A DNA stretch of 64,000 bases from Macrostomum lignano (Eukaryota): assembly GCA_002269645.1 (NCBI GenBank), contig NIVC01000758.1, positions 248,001-312,000 on the forward strand, in the 5' to 3' direction. A program made the position numbers and the translations under genes. Under the pieces are notes generated by a model. It made no database searches, was not told the DNA's origin, and saw only the letters and a list, made by a program, of their open reading frames with translations. Below, one piece after another: positions 46,719 through 58,000 of the stretch (position 1 is the stretch's first letter; each line of letters begins with the position of its first letter).

Positions 46719-49700
46719 ATGCAGCCGTCCCAGTCCAGCGCAGCCTTCGACGTGGCGGTGATGGGCAGCGTGGTGTACGACCTCATCGCCTATGTGGACA
46801 CGGCGGTGCGGCCCGGCGAGACCCGCATCGGCTCCAGCTTCGGCATGGGCGCCGGCGGCAAGGGCGCCAACCAGTGCACCATGGCCAGCTTCTTGGGGTC
46901 GCGCGCCGCCATGGTTGGCAAGGTGAGCGCTGCTGCTGGGCTCTGCTCATATGCGAGTAGGGAGGCCGCTTCTCCGCAAAATGCACTAGCGAGATTTAGG
47001 ATGTCACTCAAATTAAGCAACTGTGTGTTTTTATCCCAGACTGATGGATGCTACGAGAGGCGGGAAAATAAGTCAATTTTAACATCGATCAACCTGTGAA
47101 TCGGCCTTAGACAAAAAGAGCACAAAGAAGTTCAACAGGTGGGATGCATGTACGCGGTGCAGCGACAAGTTGTAAGTTCCTTAAGAACAAATCACTGCTC
47201 GGTCTCTACAAAGTCACTGCAACGCTGAATATAGCATCTGCCACACCTTGAAGCACTGAATAAATTTGTCTTCTTTGATACCCCATATTGTGCTGGTCAC
47301 TGACGTCTGAATGTCATCTTGAGCACCGCCTTCAGACGAGGAAGCGGATCACAAGTTCATCGTGTCAGTCATGGGTCTCTGCATGACCCTGAATCAACCA
47401 AACGACAGAGCAGTCAATGGCTGTCGCCAGATTTGTCTCGACCAAAGAAATGTCAAGGTCATGTTGATCTTTTTAGGCTATTAATCAGTCAATTCTACCA
47501 ACAAGTTGTACTTGTTAGATAAAGTATTAATAAGAATAACTGATTTTACCTGCCCCAATGGCCAGATGTGAAACCGACAGCTCAGCCGCAGCTATTGCTG
47601 CGTACGGCTGTTCAGTCCAAGGACTGGGGGATCGCCACACCCACCCTCAGTTACCCCAGCTAATGCTGGCACCCATTTTACAGTTGGGTGAACTGAAGCA
47701 ATGCAGAGTGTGAATTGTCTTGCTCAAGGACACAAATGGTTCCGAGTGGAGTCGAGAATCGAACCCCCGAACTTTCAGTTGTGAGTCCGACGCTCTGACC
47801 ACTCGTCCCTCGTCTGAAGATGACATTCAGGCGTCAATGATGAGCACGCTCGGTTTATTCGGTGCTTCAAGTCGCGGCAGTCGCGAATTCAGCGTTGTTG
47901 CATTCACTTTGAAAAGATCAAAGAGTGGTTTTTCCTAGGAGTTCACAATTGAAAATACGGCCAACAGTCGCTATACTTTTTATCAATCCAATGCTAAGTA
48001 AAATTGTAAACTTCTTACGTGTATATCTTGCTGGTGCGTTTTCTGGCGAAAACCGGCCTAGCGAAGTCCTTGCACTTTTTTAGCTGTCCATGAGTTCTCT
48101 GCCCCCTCGTCTGCCGCACTGTATCCAAGCTGCAGGCTCACTCTGCCCACTCTCTGTTTCAGATTGGTGACGATCTGTTCGGTCAGGAGTACATGAAGTA
48201 CTTCAGCAAGCACGGCATCCATACGGGTAGGCTGCTTTGGCGTTTCTACGTATTTGCTGGACTGGGGAAGACTCTTGGCTAGCTCTTTTAGAGGCGAGTT
48301 GCATCTAATGCCCATTCCGCCGACTCCCCTGAGCAGGCACACAAGCGCGCGCATTCGTACGCAGCAGTCATACCCACAAGCACACACCACACAGGAGTGT
48401 ACATCGCTAGGCATGTACACTTCTCTGTGCCTTGGGGCTTGGCCCTCTAGGCGTATAGGGGTATTAATTGCACCAGCAGAGCCAAGCTGAGATTGCAGTT
48501 TAGCCCCAAATTAAAGTGACTGCACTTGGAATCGAGCCTGGGCCCTGGCACACCAGAGCACTGCGCTGGACCACTGGGCTACGGCCCCACTTTCTGGCCA
48601 GCTGACCACTATCCAAGATCGTACTTTCTTGACAGTAATTAGTTTTAAAAGTTCTAAAAATCCGACAGCCGCCACAAAGCCTTCGGCGACATCGTCCCGA
48701 AATCAGCGCAGATTGCTGCTGATACAACTGAGCAAAAGTGCAAGCGAAAGTGTAGTATGGTAGAGCTCGATAATACTAGTATTATTACCTAGACGAACGC
48801 AGATGGTCGTTTCCAGACAACAAACCGCATACATGGTGTGCAAGCGTTGGGTGCGCCGCCCTACCGACTCGCCTTCTCGAATTAACTGCAAGCATTCAGC
48901 TAAATAATTGACCAAATAGCAACTTTGTGAAGAGCAAATTTACTAAACTAAACTCTGCAGCACCCTTCCTTTAAGAAGACTTATAGATTCAGGCAGTATT
49001 TGGTTCTTTGAATAACTTGCGCATAAAAACGCTTAGTAATCCGATAGGGCCCTTAAACAACAAAATTGTCTGAGCGCATTAGTGCATGTGGACGCAATTA
49101 GATGGCGAGAGTCGAATGTCTAATTATGCGCACGCATCCACTTCATGATAAAAGCAGCTGCTCTGCGCCAGAACAGACTTGCGTTTGCAAAATAACTTGA
49201 CCAGATCCGAACTCGACAAGTTTTTCAAGCTTGAGCGGCAAATAACACTCTACTGTTACACCTGGCTCTTTCCTCTGCTGTTTATCACCGGCGCGATAGC
49301 AAACGGCTGCTCATTCTGGGTGATTCCGAAGAACCGAGAGTCCTTTCCCAGAGTCACTCGGCAGTACCTGCTCATCATCACAGCTAGCGACTTTCTGACC
49401 GACACGAACCTCTGCATTACGCAATTGAAATGCGTGAATTTACAGACCGATTCAAATTCATGCTGCAGCCCATAGTTAGAGTTATTTATCTGCTCACCAG
49501 AACTCAAAATTCAACTGTGGGAGCGCACTTCTTCCAGCTGGGCCTCACCGCCGACCGCCTTGTGGCTGTGGCGGCGCCGATGCGAGCCCAGCAGATTCTG
49601 ACCCGCAGGAGAAGCCGCATCTTGCTGGCCGTCATCACTGCAGCCGCATCGGTGCTGCCCATCATGTACTTGTTTATTGTTTGTTTAAACCACGACAAGC

Positions 49701-52700
49701 AACTGGATACTGTGTACATGCTCATCAAGGCGGAGCTGTTCTTCGGTCGGGTCTTCCTTCTATCGGCGATGACGCTGGGCACAGTCGGAATTTGCGTCTG
49801 CGTCTGCCCAGTCCAGCAGCTGGGCAGATCAGCCTGCAGCCCCACAGCTGCCGACTGCGTCAGAGGTCGCTGGTTCGAATCAGCCTCATGCTCGTGTTCA
49901 TTAACGTGCTTTTCGCCGTGTGCTGCTTGCCCTACAGTTCAGTGATGTTTTATTCCATATGTGCGCTTGATTGGTCCCAGGCTAATGAGAATATTTTAAA
50001 ATTTTTTCATGTTGTAAACTATCTTAACAACCTGCTATACGTGAACAATGCCCTTAGCTGGCCTGTCTACTTCATGGGCAGCAACTTTCGAAGGGCGTTT
50101 TTCCGTACATTATCGCCGAAGCACTGCTGCCGAGGCTGCTGCTTCTGGCGTCGGTCGGAGGAGCGAAGCAATTCTGCGACTGCAGTTGAGCTCTTTTAGT
50201 ACTTCTGGCAAGATGCAGGTTTTACTGCGCGATCGATTTATTCGCATTCCTGTTATCATTTTTGTTCGCGATGGCTGTAGTTGGAGCTTTGTTGTTGAAC
50301 TTTGAATTTTGGTCTCTTCTACTTCCTGCAAAACACGCGCATTCGATTGCTGAGAGAATCTTTTTAGCAGATCAGCCAGCTTGGAGAGGATATCGATAAT
50401 ACCAAGCTAAGAGTCCATCGCTTGACGGCTCATCTGCCTCTCCCAGTTTCCAAACAGCTGCAGCTGTTCAGGATTCTCCTGCACTTTGAAGCAAATGAAC
50501 TGCACTATTGGGAGTATATTACGATACATACGATACATACATCATGAAACGTATGTACGCTCGTAGAGGCTAGCCGTCTCAGGAGTAATCAAAGGTCCGG
50601 ACTAGCAGCACTGCATCATTTGGAAATCGCACCATCAGCAGGTCTTTGAACAATCCATTTGAACAGGATTGTGTGTGCGTTGTTACAATTGTAGTGGTTA
50701 CAACCGTAAAAATTTCAATAAAGGCGATGTCTTACTAACCCCACCTAAATCTATCGGGTGCCCCATCATGTTTCTTCATTTTTTCAGTTCGTCCAGTTCC
50801 TTCTGCCATTGTAATTGATCGTCAAGTGTTCCTCACATTTGTGCTAATTTAAGCATTGAAGCATTAAAAAGTCACATAAAAAAATTCTTTTTTCTTAAAA
50901 CACTTGTTAGACTTGGATCGATAAAATCCAGACGACTTTGGCTGTGTGCGTACTTTGCATGCGCACGTACGGGCTGGACTAGCATTGTACGACGAGGGCA
51001 TGCGCAGACAACATAAAAGTTGATAAGCTGTAGGAGTTGCAGATTGTGATGGTGTGCAGTTAGGATCTGGTCTGTGTGAATGGGGGGGCTGAGGGGAAGT
51101 TCGGGGCAATTGTGGGAGAGCTTTGTTGCATTGCGTCACCTCACCTGTTCATTGTCTCTCTCTCCAGGTTCCTCCTCTCCAGGGACTTCTAGAAATATAG
51201 GCCCTCCTTGTCTGTCTGTCACTGTACACACCAGTGATCCCAACTCTGCACAATTTGCAGCTGACATCGCACTTGCCGTACGCTTGATTACTGACTCGGT
51301 GACACGTTGTGACTCTAACACTCTCTTTGAGCAGCTAGTCTCATCTGCCGCCTTACTTCGTGAATAATCTAACTCCGTCTCCTGAGACTGTTCAGTTTTC
51401 TGCGCCTTCCCCATCAGCTTGCGAGATGATTTCTGCTGTGCAATCACGCGCTCAATCTGATTTTTGAGCTCTCAACAGCATTATCACTTTTAAAGTTCTT
51501 GCTACAAACAGCCATTAGCTCTGACACTGCTCTTGATGAGGTGCTCCGCCTCAAATGCATCCTGTAGAAGATAGCGTGCCACAACACTCGTATGTATACT
51601 TGCTTCCTTGTTATTAGATTCATCAATCGATATGCAGCGAATAGGCCTCTGAAGCTCGAATGTCGGCAAGCACTACATCGCGCAGATGCAGATAGCATCC
51701 GCCACGAGATAGGCAAATTGTATTGCCTGCAGTTTCATCTCCGGTGTCTTCGAGTCGCTGCACGTTGCGACTCTTACGTCTTCCTGAGATTGAAAGCTTT
51801 GTGCTTTCTGAATAATTTCGAGCAGTGACTGAGTCGTCCAGTGCATGTGCAGCCAGCTCTATGGATTTCAGTTTCCGACACACAGGGTCCTGAGTGCGGG
51901 ATTTTGTCGATCTGCAGATATTTTACGATGTTAGCGCACGAGTGACTTGACAGGTTGGTGAAACCACTGCGAACTGAAAATCCTCCTCTGCACCAGGTGC
52001 ACCAGGCATCTCAACGCAGTCACCATTCTCGTGTGTCAGTTTCAACCAATTGTTCTCGTTTCTATTTTTAGTTCTCTGATAAAACTGTAGGCTCTACATG
52101 TATCGAAAATTGATACACACTACGAACATCTGAATATGAACGCATGCACATGCAGTTACAGCACAGTCGTCCTATTTTTTAATTGTCTGCATTTGGATAC
52201 ATTAACTGAAAACAGCAGGAGACGTCATGTAAATCCAATGCTAGTCAATCGATAAAGTCAGTCTCGCCAGTCTCGAATGCAGCTCCAGAGTCTCCCAAAT
52301 CTGTTGACATCGGGATGTCATGTACTTTTGCCGTCTTTAGGGGGCACCGTTGGAGGGTGGGGTGGTTAGGGGTGGCTCGCTTATCTGCACACCTGCATTC
52401 GATTCGTTGACCCCGTGAGCCCTGCCGTTGCAGAGCACCTGCTGATGGAGGCGGGCGCCAGCACTGGCGTCGCGTCCATCACGGTGACTGGCGGCGGCGA
52501 GAACACCATTGTGGTGGTGCCCGGCGCGAATTTCCGACTGACGCCGGCTGACATCGACCGCGCCGCCGGCGTCCTTGCCGCCGCCAAGGTGGTCGTCTGC
52601 CAGCTCGAGGTGCCGACTGATGTGACCACGCGGGCACTGAAAATTGCCAGGTGAGGCCAAGGTATACGAGTACCAAAACAAAGTATTTGCGCATTAGAAA

Positions 52701-54730
52701 CTGCACAGTCTGCACTGCAAACTGTGTTGACCCCTAAAGTCAACTATTATAGCTTTACTTTAAGTGTTAAAAAACACAACTACAAAATGCTAGTGATAAT
52801 GAAAATAATATACATTATTAATAACAATAATAACAATATTTCGCTAACTACTGTACTTACGAGGGGTATTTCAAAAGTTCGTAGACAGTGATAGAAAGCC
52901 AGCAGATATCAAAAAGCGGGTTGCGACACATTAACCTCATCTCAGCAGCAGCTTCATTTGCGCTAGAGCCTCGACGAAACAGGAACAGCATTATGGCTCT
53001 TGACTGCTCCTTGGAGAATGCAGGAAATACAGTGGAGGGTTCAGAGTTTGATCGCAGATTTCTGGTGGCCATTTCAATCAATTTTGCTGAAAATTTAGCA
53101 GCAAGCTGTAGATTTATAAAATAGTATTCGTGAAAAGTTTCAAGGCTATAGCTTTATGCAAGAGGGCTTTTCTACGAACTTCTGAAATACCCCTCGTACG
53201 CTCGTATAGTAAAAATGTAGGCAAAAATACTTATTAGTTTTTTATTAGAATCCGAGTCTGCAGGTTAAGCAGAGGCTGGTTGCGGTTAGTACTCAACCAA
53301 GCTACGAGTAACTGTCATCCTTCGGTCCACCGAGCTGTCGTACGGAAGTCCTTTGATTCAAAACAGAGTTTAGAATACTAGCTTAGTCTGGTACTATTAG
53401 TAATATTTGTTTATATGTGCATGTTTCTAGAATTATACTCGTAGTTGATTTTTACTGGCCGTCAGTCGCACACGTACATATTATAAAAGCTTGGCAGCTC
53501 TCAGCAGTCGCTATACTGCTTTCATATGGGGATGCCGTAATCCGTTTATACGGCTCATAGACTGCTGGATGCCCAGACTTTTGCCAATCCCAACCATCCT
53601 GCCCCGCGCAGGGAGGCCGGCGCCATGACCATTCTGAACCCGGCGCCCGCGCCTGTCACGCCGACGCCGCCGGAGCTGCTGGCGCTGGCCGACGTGGTCT
53701 GCCCCAACCAGCAGGAGGCCACCGCCATCACCGGCCTGCCCTGCACCACCGACCAGGACGTGGACGCCGTGCTGCGCCGCCTGCGCGATCTCGGCTGCCG
53801 CCTTCCGATGGTCACCCTCGGCGCCAGCGGGGTCGCCTTTCTTGACGGCGACCAGGTGTTGCGGGTGCCCGCGCCTGCGGTTGAGGCCATTGATACCACT
53901 GTGAGTCTGTCTGTCTGAGTGTGTGTGTTGTGCTTGTCTGTCTGTCTGTCTGTCTGAGTCTGAATTTGTGTTATCTGTGTCTGCCTGTCTGTCTGTGTAT
54001 CTGACTGTCTTAGTGTCTGTTGTCTGTGTGTGTCTGCCTGTCTGTCTGTGTATCTGACTGTCTTAGTGTCTGTTGTCTGTGTCTGTTGTCTGTGTGTGTC
54101 TGCCTGTCTGTCTGTGTATCTGACTGTCTTAGTGTCTGTTGTCTGTGTCTGTTGTCTGTGTGTGTCTGCCTGTCTGTCTGTGTATCTGACTGTCTTAGTG
54201 TCTGTTGTCTGTGTCTGTTGTCTGTGTGTGTCTGCCTGTCTGTCTGTGTATCTGACTGTCTTAGTGTCTGTTGTCTGTGTCTGTTGTCTGTGTGTGTCTG
54301 CCTGTCTGTCTGTGTATCTGACTGTCTTAGTGTCTGTTGTCTGTGTCTGTTGTCTGTGTGTGTCTGCCTGTCTGTCTGTGTATCTGACTGTCTGTGTATC
54401 TGACTGTCTTAGTGTCTGTTGTCTGTGTGTGTGTGCCTGTGTGCCTGTCTGTGTATCTGACTGTCTTAGTGGCTGTTTGTGTCTGTCTCTGTGTCTGTGT
54501 GCATGTCCGTGTCCACTCGCTTCCCCAAAGCCGGAACCCCCATGGCTCCGCAGGGCGCAGGCGACGCCTTCATGGGCAGCCTGGCCCACTTCTGCGCCTG
54601 CCGGCCGGACCTGCCCATGGCGGCCCGGGTCAGCCGGGCGGTCCGCATCGCGGCCATCAGTGTCACCAGGCCGGGCACGCAGACCAGCTTCCCGCACAGG
54701 GAGGAGCTGCCCGCAGACCTGCGCGACTAG
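46719..54730 (+). CDS. RBKS: Ribokinase (PfkB family); exons 46719-46922, [exon 2 not located], 52434-52650, 53612-53900, 54554-54730
   Basis: [19 protein letters not shown] (PfkB signature 1), TGVASI...VVPGAN, CQLE, ILNPAPA, CPNQQEA, VTLGASG, DTT|GAGDAF (signature 2). Splice phases are consistent for the last three exons. Confidence 0.92.
47566..47806 (-). mobile_element. tRNA-derived SINE, family B
   Basis: Minus-strand A box TGGTCAGAGCG and B box GGTTCGATTC, followed by GTGTCCTTGAGCAAGAC core. Homologous copy at 60936-61195. Confidence 0.85.
48300..48588 (-). mobile_element. tRNA-derived SINE, family A, second copy
   Basis: Head GGGGCCGTAGCCCAGTGG...GGCTCGATTCC. Body homologous to 34740-35074. 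Confidence 0.75.
49179..50199 (+). pseudogene. Intronless rhodopsin-class (peptide-receptor-like) GPCR nested in an RBKS intron, two frameshifts
   Basis: TM1 GAIANG, TM2 [11 protein letters not shown]3 [14 protein letters not shown]6 [10 protein letters not shown]7 NNALSWPVY and NFRRAF are distributed over three consecutive overlapping ORFs. The breaks could be assembly indels. Confidence 0.8.
52860..53196 (-). mobile_element. 337-bp non-autonomous mariner derivative
   Basis: 26-bp TIRs CGAGGGGTATTTCA(A/G)AAGTTCGTAGA with TA TSD. Residual HTH-like [24 protein letters not shown]. Confidence 0.88.
53905..54500. repeat. TG/TCTG-rich intronic tandem repeat, about 66-bp higher-order unit
   Basis: CTGACTGTCTTAGTGTCTGTT recurs at about 66-bp spacing. 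Confidence 0.9.
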
Positions 54731-55096
54731 CGGTCAGATTTCAGTTGCACAGGCTTGACTTCCTAAGGCTATTTAAAGTGCAAAAATCTGTCTTAAAAAA
54801 CCTGTTTGCTTAGTCAATCTGAAATTTTTTTATCTCGCCAATGCGATCTAGCGGAAGACTTGAGTTGCCCTGACGACATGCATACTGATCAGGCTTAAAG
54901 TTGATGATTTATTCTGCTAATACTAATATATGCAAATACATGTATTATTGCGCAAAACTAACGTTGCTACTTTCAGTAGTATTGTTGGCATTAAATTAGG
55001 CCACAAAACAAATTCCGTGACATAAATATTTAATTAGAGCACAAGTTTATTTACTTTATTTACTCGCAGTCTCTGCATGCCTGTTTTCTGTCTGTA

Positions 55097-58000
55097 CAGT
55101 TGGGTCCGTGGAAATGGTCTAGATTGCCGCGGAATTCCGTGGAAAACTGTGTGAAATGCGCTCCTATTGGCTGGGCCAATGGGGATGGGATGGCCCGGGA
55201 ATCCATATCTTCCTTGACTATGCTACTTTTTCCTTTATAGTAGCATCTTATGAACGAGATTTTAAGCATACTTGATGGTTATATCATGTATATAATCTTG
55301 ATTAATTTTTAATTATGTCTGGCCATCGAAAATCAAATCGAAAATCAAAAGGCTGAAATATTGAAGCGCTTTTTTGATATGAAACAAGGAGAGGGAAGGA
55401 GAGAGAAGGAGAGGGAAGGAGAGAGAAGGAGAGGGAAGGAGAGGGAAGGAGAGGGAAGGAGAGGGAAGGAGAGGGAAGGAGAAAGAAGGAGAGAGAAGGA
55501 GAGGGAAGGAGAGGGAAGGAGAGAAGGAGAGAGAAGGAGAGGGAAGGAGAGAAGGAGAGGGAAGGAGAAAGGAGAGGGAAGGAGAGGGAAGGAGAGAAGG
55601 AGAAAGAAGGAGAGGGAAGGAGAGAGAAGGAGAGGGAAGGAGAGGGAAGGAGAGGGAAGGAGAGGGAAGGAGAGGGAAGGAGAAAGAAGGAGAGGGAAGG
55701 AGAGAGAAGGAGAGGGGAGAGGGAAGGACAGGGAAGGAGAAAGAAGGAGAGGGAAGGAGAGGGAAAGAGAGGGAAGGAGAGAAGAGAGAAGGAAAGAGGC
55801 GACACGGAGAAGAGAGGCAGCAGGGAGGAGAGAGGCGGCAGGGAGAAGAAGGTGGAAGAGGGAATGAGGGTGGCAGCAGGGAGGAGAAAGAAGGAGAGAA
55901 AAGAAGAGAAGGAAAGAGGTGGTAGGGATGAGAGAGGCGGCAGAGGGAAGCAGAGAGAAGCAGAGAGGCTTTTTGGGCAGTCCATTGCCCTCCCGCAATT
56001 ATAAAATGCTTACTATTGATATTTTTGGAAAGGTTTCAAGCTACAAGTTTGGAGTATCCCTTCCTGAAGCCGCCATCAGTAATAATGAGAAGGCGAATGT
56101 GAGAGAAAGTGAGTGAGAGAGGACTGTGTGTATCTGAATTTTATTGAAACTGCGAAAACTTTTACCCCATGGTCAGGAGGTAAGGCAGGCATGGAACCTC
56201 AGTGAGAAATGGTTTTCTCCTAGATTTTATCCGAGCACAACAGAAATCATTTGCACATGGCATACATAGCAGGGGACAATTCAGTCCCATATGCAAAGTC
56301 CTTGAAAGTATTAACAAAAATTCTTTCAACCCTAAGTCTTGGGTTTCCCAACCGACGGCCCACGGGTGACGCAATGCGCCCGCAAACCTTTCTTTTCTTT
56401 TAGCTTCTCTTGGCCAGCCATTCACTGAGACATCGGTGCCACCGATTGCTAATACAATGCTTTTCTGGGAGTTAATGGAGAACTGAATGCGACCAACGAC
56501 GGTGTTATTATGAATAGTTCAGCAAAATTTATACTAGCTGCATCTCAGAAATCTATAGGGGTATCAGCAACTCCAGTAAAATAGAATTTACAGTTGTGTG
56601 CGCGGTAAGGCGACGGTAAGCACAATAGTTATGTGCTTTGCGTACAGTAGCTACCTAAAATGGGACTAAACTGTTTAAGTCCCATTGGTGACCTGACTTC
56701 ACTCTATATATTTTTGCCCAGCTGTTTTTAGAACGAGTCTGTCTGAGTTGGTCATATCGGTATCGTTTTTTAAGGATGTCATTTCCATATCGCCTGTGAG
56801 GTCTACGAGGTTTGAGGTTCGATTTCGCTGTTTGGGCAAGAGCGGGGACCCTGCAGGGCAAAGGGCAATTCGCAGAATGACTCACTCGTGCCCCTCAACC
56901 CATCTCGAATATCGATCGATCTGTGTGAGGTGTTCGGAGGGTGACTGAAAGACCGCCTATGGCCAATTCAATCTCTTCCCAAACCAGACTTGTTATCTCG
57001 CTGTTTAGTCATTCAGTGAGGCCCTGCCTGCCCCCATTCGATTTCTCCTCTCTGTTTTCAATATTGTTCGCCATTATGTGAAACTAAAATGAGTTTTTAG
57101 ATCCTCCTGCCCCTGTTCAATGTACACAAAAATAGTCAGTTTTCATTCATATGTACATGCAAAGGGGTACAAACTATAGAAATTCCTTGAGCGCGAGAGG
57201 CTATAGCGAAGATTCTACAAGCCATTGATTGCCATGTAACCCAACTGTCAGGATGCGTTGATAAATTACTTAAATTTTTATCGCGTGGAACTTGCGTGAT
57301 CATAGGATGATCTCCTTCTTGCTGATGACGGCTTTAAAAGGCCTCTCCTTTTTCCTTCTCTCAACCGCCTCACTCATCCCTGCCGCTTCTCTTCTCCATG
57401 CCGCCTTTATCCTTCTCTCTCCTTCCCTCTCCTTATCCTCCTTCCCTCTCCTTCTCTCTCCTTCCCTCTCCTTCTCTCTCCTTCTCTCTCCTTCCCTCTC
57501 CTTCCCTCTCCTTATCCTCCTTCCCTCTCCTTATCCTCCTTCCCTCTCCTTCTCTCTCCTTCCCTCTCCTTATCCTCCTTCCCTCTCCTTATCCTCCTTC
57601 CCTCTCCTTCTCTCTCCTTCCCTCTCCTCTCTCCTTCCCTCTCATTCTCTCTCCTTCCCTCTCCTTATCCTCCTTCTCTCTCCTTATCCTCCTTCCCTCT
57701 CCTTCTCTCTCCTTCCCTCTCCTTATCCTCCTTCCCTCTCCTTCTCTCTCCTTCCCTCTCCTTCTCTCTCCTTCCCTCTCCTTCTCTCTCCTTCCCTCTC
57801 CTTCCCTCTCCTTATCCTCCTTCCCTCTCCTTATTCTCCTTCCCTCTCCTTCTCTCTCCTTCCCTCTCCTTATCCTCCTTCCCTCTCCTTCCCTCTCCTT
57901 ATCCTCCTTCCCTCTCCTTATCCTCCTTCCCTCTCCTTCTCTCTCCTTCCCTCTCCTTATCCTCCTTCCCTCTCCTTATCCTCCTTCCCTCTCCTTCTCT

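Noticed and set aside
47566-47806. tRNA genes at the A/B-box sequences (also 60936-61195, 35074, 48588)
   Set aside because: No complete cloverleaf, and each is followed by a shared non-tRNA body, so they are SINE heads.
47814-47850. CTGAAGATGAC...GTC as a further hammerhead
   Set aside because: The GAAA core does not follow helix II.
51136-51883. Minus-strand ORF pieces ([11 protein letters not shown]) as a transposase fragment
   Set aside because: Similarity is too weak to name a family.
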